Assembly (NCBI GenBank): GCA_023920165.1
Contig: CP089278.1
Location: 1,054,001 to 1,118,000 of the forward strand
Origin: Curvularia clavata
Lineage: Eukaryota
Reading direction: 5' to 3'
DNA length: 64,000 bases
Position numbers and translations under genes: made by a program. The notes under the pieces are model-generated. The model was not told where the DNA came from and ran no database searches. It was given only the letters and a program-made list of their open reading frames with translations. Within the stretch, counting starts at the first letter, position 1, and every line of letters starts with the position of its first letter. This document shows, one piece after another, positions 59,414-64,000 of this stretch.

Positions 59414-60169
59414 ATGGCGACCCTCAAACCCACCGCCCCGTTACCGCGCCTCCTCCGCGCCATCCGCCCACAGTACTACAACCATAACCACCAACAACGC
59501 CGAACCTTCCTCCCCAACCCCTTCTCCGCCCTTCCAAACCCGCCCTCCTCACCCCAGCGCCTCTCCGCGACCCGAACTCTGCCCTACCCGCCCGCCCCAA
59601 TCTACTCCATCATCGCCGACGTACCTAACTACTCGACCTTCCTCCCTTACTGCCAACACAGCTCCGTTACAAAATGGTCGCTACCCGATGCACGGTACGG
59701 ACGGCGCTGGCCATCCGAAGGGCTACTGACATCCGGGTTCGGCGGTATAACTGAGAGTTTTGTGAGCCGAATCTACTGTGTGCCGGGGAGGTATGTAGAA
59801 AGTGTGGGTGGGGATGCGGAGACGACGTTGAATGGGGACGAGATACGGCATCATGTTGAGGGCGAGGACAGGGCGGGGCAGAGGAGCAGGGATCGGAGAG
59901 GAAATGGGTTGCTCACGCATTTGAAGAGTAAGTGGGAGGTGCAGGGTGTGCAAGTGGGTAGTGAGGCAAGGACGAGGGTTAGTTTGACGGTCGAGTTTTC
60001 GTTTGCGAATCCAATGTATGCGGCATTGAGTGGAGGGGTGGCACCGAAAGTGGCAGAGTATATGGTCAAGGCATTTGAGCAGCGGGTGCAGGAGCTGTTA
60101 GAGAGGAATCCAGGTATGGTCAAGGCAGATTTGGCGGATTTGGACGGGAGTGCGCTGAGGAGAAAGTAA
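59414..60169 (+). CDS. COQ10: Coenzyme Q-binding START-domain protein Coq10
   Basis: Mitochondrial presequence (QRRTFL), RTLPY..IYSIIADVPNYSTFLPYCQHS, ESFVSRI, FANPMYAALS and MVKAFEQR. Confidence 0.88.
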   Translation: MATLKPTAPLPRLLRAIRPQYYNHNHQQRRTFLPNPFSALPNPPSSPQRLSATRTLPYPPAPIYSIIADVPNYSTFLPYCQHSSVTKWSLPDARYGRRWPSEGLLTSGFGGITESFVSRIYCVPGRYVESVGGDAETTLNGDEIRHHVEGEDRAGQRSRDRRGNGLLTHLKSKWEVQGVQVGSEARTRVSLTVEFSFANPMYAALSGGVAPKVAEYMVKAFEQRVQELLERNPGMVKADLADLDGSALRRK

Positions 60170-60298
60170 TGGGCTTCATTGCATGGTGAGCGTGGGTAAT
60201 AGACAGGCGGCATTTTGAGCGAGCAAATCAAGAGCAAATGGTTCAATTGTCCAATACTTTTCTACCTGAACACCGAGCCATGTTCCAACCACCACTAC

Positions 60299-63200
60299 CT
60301 ACTTGGCACCTTCAAAGTACTTTCTGAATCTTGGTTCATTCTCCAAATCACACGCCAAGACCGCTTCATAGCAGCTCATGAGCAACTGGGGGAACTTGAC
60401 GGTCCAGTACCTCAGATATCCACTCGGCAGCGGCCCAACCTTGGCCTTGATTGAATCCTCCATATCCTCGTAGTGATTCTTCTTGTTGCGTAGCGCTCTC
60501 AACAAGTCCAACATGCGGTCTCCCGTGTACTTGCGCTGCTTGCCCAACGAGTTGACAAAGCCTGGGTCCAACTTGGCCAAGAAGTTGCGTCGGTGGTCAA
60601 GCACATCCTGGGCGTACTCTTCAAGCTGTGCAAGATGGTCCGACGGTGGGTCTCGAGGCTCGCGCTCCCAGTGGTCCGAACAATCACAGAGGAAATCCAG
60701 CCGCTTTTGGTCGTCCCAGAAAAACGGATGGTTCATGACCTGGAGGGCTGTTGGGCGGGACTCGGGGCGTGGGCGAAGCATCCATTGGATGAGGTGGTGT
60801 GGCTCCACTGAGTCGGCACCAAGAAGAAGGCGGTCGAGGTTGGACTTTTCCTTCTTGATGTTGTACTCTCGAATCTGCATCCAGCCTTCTTCATCGTCAA
60901 ATGGGTGGCAGCCACCAGTGAGTACATAGTAGAAGACGCAGCCGAGAGAGAAGATATCGACAGCACGCTTTACACCCTGCGCGACTGGATCGGTCGAGCT
61001 CGACGAGTCACGAGAAAAGCCCTGGGAGCTTCCGTTGACGAGTTCCTTGGGTTGCGTGATAAGCTCAGGGGCCTTCCACCCAACGGTGCCTGCATTGCCA
61101 GTGGTACCGACAAGGGTACTAACATTGTCGGGCAGAGTCTTACACAGCCCAAAGTCTGAAATCACCAATCGGACGTCGTCCTTGGAGGTGATCAGAGGCT
61201 GGGCAACGAGAATGTTCTGAGGCTTGATGTCGCGGTGGATGATACGGAGGTGGTGAAGGTGGTTCAGACCGGCGGCAAGCTGGTACAGGCAAGACGAGGC
61301 CTTGCCGCTAATCTTGTTAACCAGGCGCTGATGTTCTTCGCTGAGCTCTTCTCCAGGACGTCCGTCCTTGTACAGGTCGAAAAGACTGGCCTGGCAGAGT
61401 TCGACAGCAATGTAGAGAAAGTTCTCGTCCCTTTCATCATCAAAGTATCGGATGACGTTGGGGTGAGGATCACTATTTTGTAGGAGCTTGACTTCTTGTT
61501 CCGCGAGTCCAAAGTACTGAGGCAACATGCGCTTGACAGCCACCTTGACTTCCTACAACGGTGTCAGGATAAGAACGTTGATGACAGACCGCAGCTTGTT
61601 GACTTACCTTCCATTTGCCTTCAAAGACGAATGTGCCACCGCTTCCGTTACCAAGCAGTCGGTCTTGGTCAATGGTAAGCTTACCAATGCGTTTGATCTC
61701 AGAGATATTTTGCACGTCACCACCGCTGACGGTGAGCTCATCCGGTTGCAGACGAGGACCAACTTCGAGCTGTTTGGCTGCGTTGACAATACGGTTGACC
61801 TCGTCTTCTTCCTTTTGTTGGTTCTTACTCAGCTTACGGCCGCCCCTTCGTCCTCGATGTGTTTTCTTCTTCTTTGGGGTAGCAGGCGCAGCATTTGGGT
61901 CTTGTGAGATGTCTTCGGTGCTGTTCGTCATTGAGTCAGCGTCACCGTTGGACTTTGCCTCTGGCGAAGCAGTCTCATCGCCGGTCGGAGAGGCTTGTTC
62001 GATGGTCGTTGTCCTTGAGAGTGGTGCAAGATCTTCATCCTCGTCCTGTGGTACGGCAAAGGTGACCTTCTTCTCCTTGGGCTCTTCGGGTACAGGTGGT
62101 TGGATCTGATCCACTTCAGGGGCTACTACTACAACTGGCTTCTCTGGTGTGACATCCTCCGCATCTGGGACAGCCACTGGCTTCTCTTCGGCTGGCTTGA
62201 CTTCAGGCTCTGGAGAAGCATGGAATGGAGGAAGAGGCTGCTTGGTCTTGTTGCCTGCCTGAACCAGTTGCTTCAGGTAGCTCAGGCAAGACTCGGCCAT
62301 TGTGGGCTTGACAGAAGCTCCAAGACCACCAAAGAGGCAGATGGCAACCACAATGTACAGATAGACATTGACAGACCGTCCGACGACTTCGGTCTGAGGG
62401 GGTACATCAATGGTTGGAGGCTGGTGGTGTTCCCTTGGGGATGTTTCTGGAGGATTTGAAATGACCTGATCGTTTACATTGTCGTAGGTCGGTGCGGGGA
62501 TGCCCACTAGTTGAGTGGGCAAGTTTGGAACTTTGTAGTCGAGTCTGTGGACGCCAATCAGACTCTTTTTGTCTGGCAGGGCATAGGGAGCATCCCAATC
62601 GTATGCCACCTGATTTTGCTTGTAGCAGCTCGCGTCTGGAGCGCCGTCGGTCACGGCAGGATAGTGAACTTCGGACAGTGCATACCACGCCCCAGAGTTA
62701 GTTGTGTTGAGGAGGACGTGGTTGGCTTTGTCCTCTGAAAATTGTGGCCCCGCAGGCTGGGGTAGAAGAACCAGGGGAGGGTCGGAGGACTGGTCGTTCA
62801 AGGGCCGGGCAACATCAAAAACGCGTGCAACTGGGAAGGGCAGATTTTTTCGGTACAGCGGACGCTGGTGCGACCTCGGACGCTTGTAGTCAAAAGCAAT
62901 AACTTCACCGTTGTACAGGGTGTAGATGTATTGCTTGTCTAGGGTCTGGTCGTACTGGGACTGCAAGTCTCTGTCTCGACTGTTGGGATTCCACTCTGCA
63001 TATTTGAGTGTGCAGATGTGCTCATTTGTCTTCTTGTTATGAATTGTGATTGTGTATTGTGTCTGGCCAATGTCGATGACGCCGCGGCAATCACGTTCTC
63101 TAGCGGTAAAGTAATTCTTGGACTCGGGAGCACAACTGTCGTCATGGGGAAAGGAGCCGCCGGGACTGAAGCTCTGCTTGACAATGCCTGAGGCGGCATC

Positions 63201-63935
63201 GACCAGAAGCATAAAAGTCTTCTTCTCGACATTGTAGACGACCGGAAGGTCCGGATCGTCGCTCGAATAGGGTGCATTCTCGGCCAATTGCTTGACCGTG
63301 ACGCCCAGGTGCTGGAGCTGGGGATAGGGGCCGGGGGAGAGGAGGTAGAGGGCTCCGTCTTCTCGCGGCTCGACGATCCAGACAAAAGGCTGGTCTTGGG
63401 GATCGACGGTGCCGCCGGACGAGTTGTAGATTGTCTCCAACATGGGGCGTCCGGTCAGCTCCCAAATCTCCTCTCCATTGTATCGGTCGCGGGCGTGTAT
63501 GTGGCCGTCGACGGTCGCCAAGAGCACAAAGTCCTCAACTTCCCAATCCTGCAGAGAGCGCGCACCGGGGACAAGGCCTCCCGAGGCTGCATATCTGGCG
63601 GGATCGGCTCTGACAGCACGAATGGCTGGAGCAGAAGGAACTCTGGTTGCTAGGGCGCGCACGTTGTGGCTGTTGGGGGACGAGTAGGGACGACGGCGGG
63701 GAGCGTCGACTAGCGCGTCGTTGTCGGCGGGCTTTGGGTGTTTGTGGCTGTGGTTGGGGATGGGGTTAGGGGGCACGATATTTGGGTGCTCTGGCTGGAC
63801 GGCCGGGCGGACATGATGGGCGAGGCGTGGTGGTGATGGCTGCTGCTGCTGAGCGACCACGAGTCCAGTGAGGAGCAGGAGGGCGAGGGTGGTGAGCGCC
63901 GAGCCAGCACCAGGCGGCCGGCGCGGACGCGGCAT
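60299..63935 (-). CDS. IRE1: ER stress sensor kinase/endoribonuclease Ire1
   Basis: Signal peptide, lumenal VLLATVDGHIHA, TM helix, LGNGSGGTFVFEG-intron 61607-61553-VAVKRML, HRDIKPQNIL, ISDFGLCK and KEN domain DLLRALRNKKNHY. Confidence 0.97.
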
Positions 63936-64000
63936 TGCGTGTTTGTGGGGGGGATCAGTTGAGAGCCTGCGGCAGGCGGCGAGGGTGAGGGAGATGGAGC

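Overview
Gene-dense, intron-containing DNA from a filamentous ascomycete. Pleosporales/Dothideomycetes is my inference from gene content, short GT-AG introns with CTRAC branch points, and a RIP-like island. I can support about 28 protein-coding genes. These include housekeeping genes (CDC6/cdc18, TRM140-like, COQ10, IRE1, NAT4/NAA40 and a 4-exon LYRM2-like gene largely missed by the ORF track) and transporters (CPA1 Na+/H+ antiporter, amino-acid permease, ABCA, Pho84-like). They also include secreted plant-interaction proteins (GH7 cellobiohydrolase, GH43+CBM35, cutinase, copper amine oxidase, a CFEM membrane protein and a 6-Cys small secreted protein) and several hypotheticals. Two genes are decayed: a multi-exon Cys-rich gene and a RIP-damaged allantoate-permease-family MFS lying next to nested transposon relics. 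The most interesting non-coding signals are an 80-bp TA-flanked hairpin (MITE-like) just upstream of the effector-like gene, five GATA sites at exact 10-bp spacing upstream of the amino-acid permease, and a readable RIP gradient running from transposon relics into a host gene. I saw no rRNA, tRNA or CRISPR array, and I cannot claim a complete new system from sequence alone.
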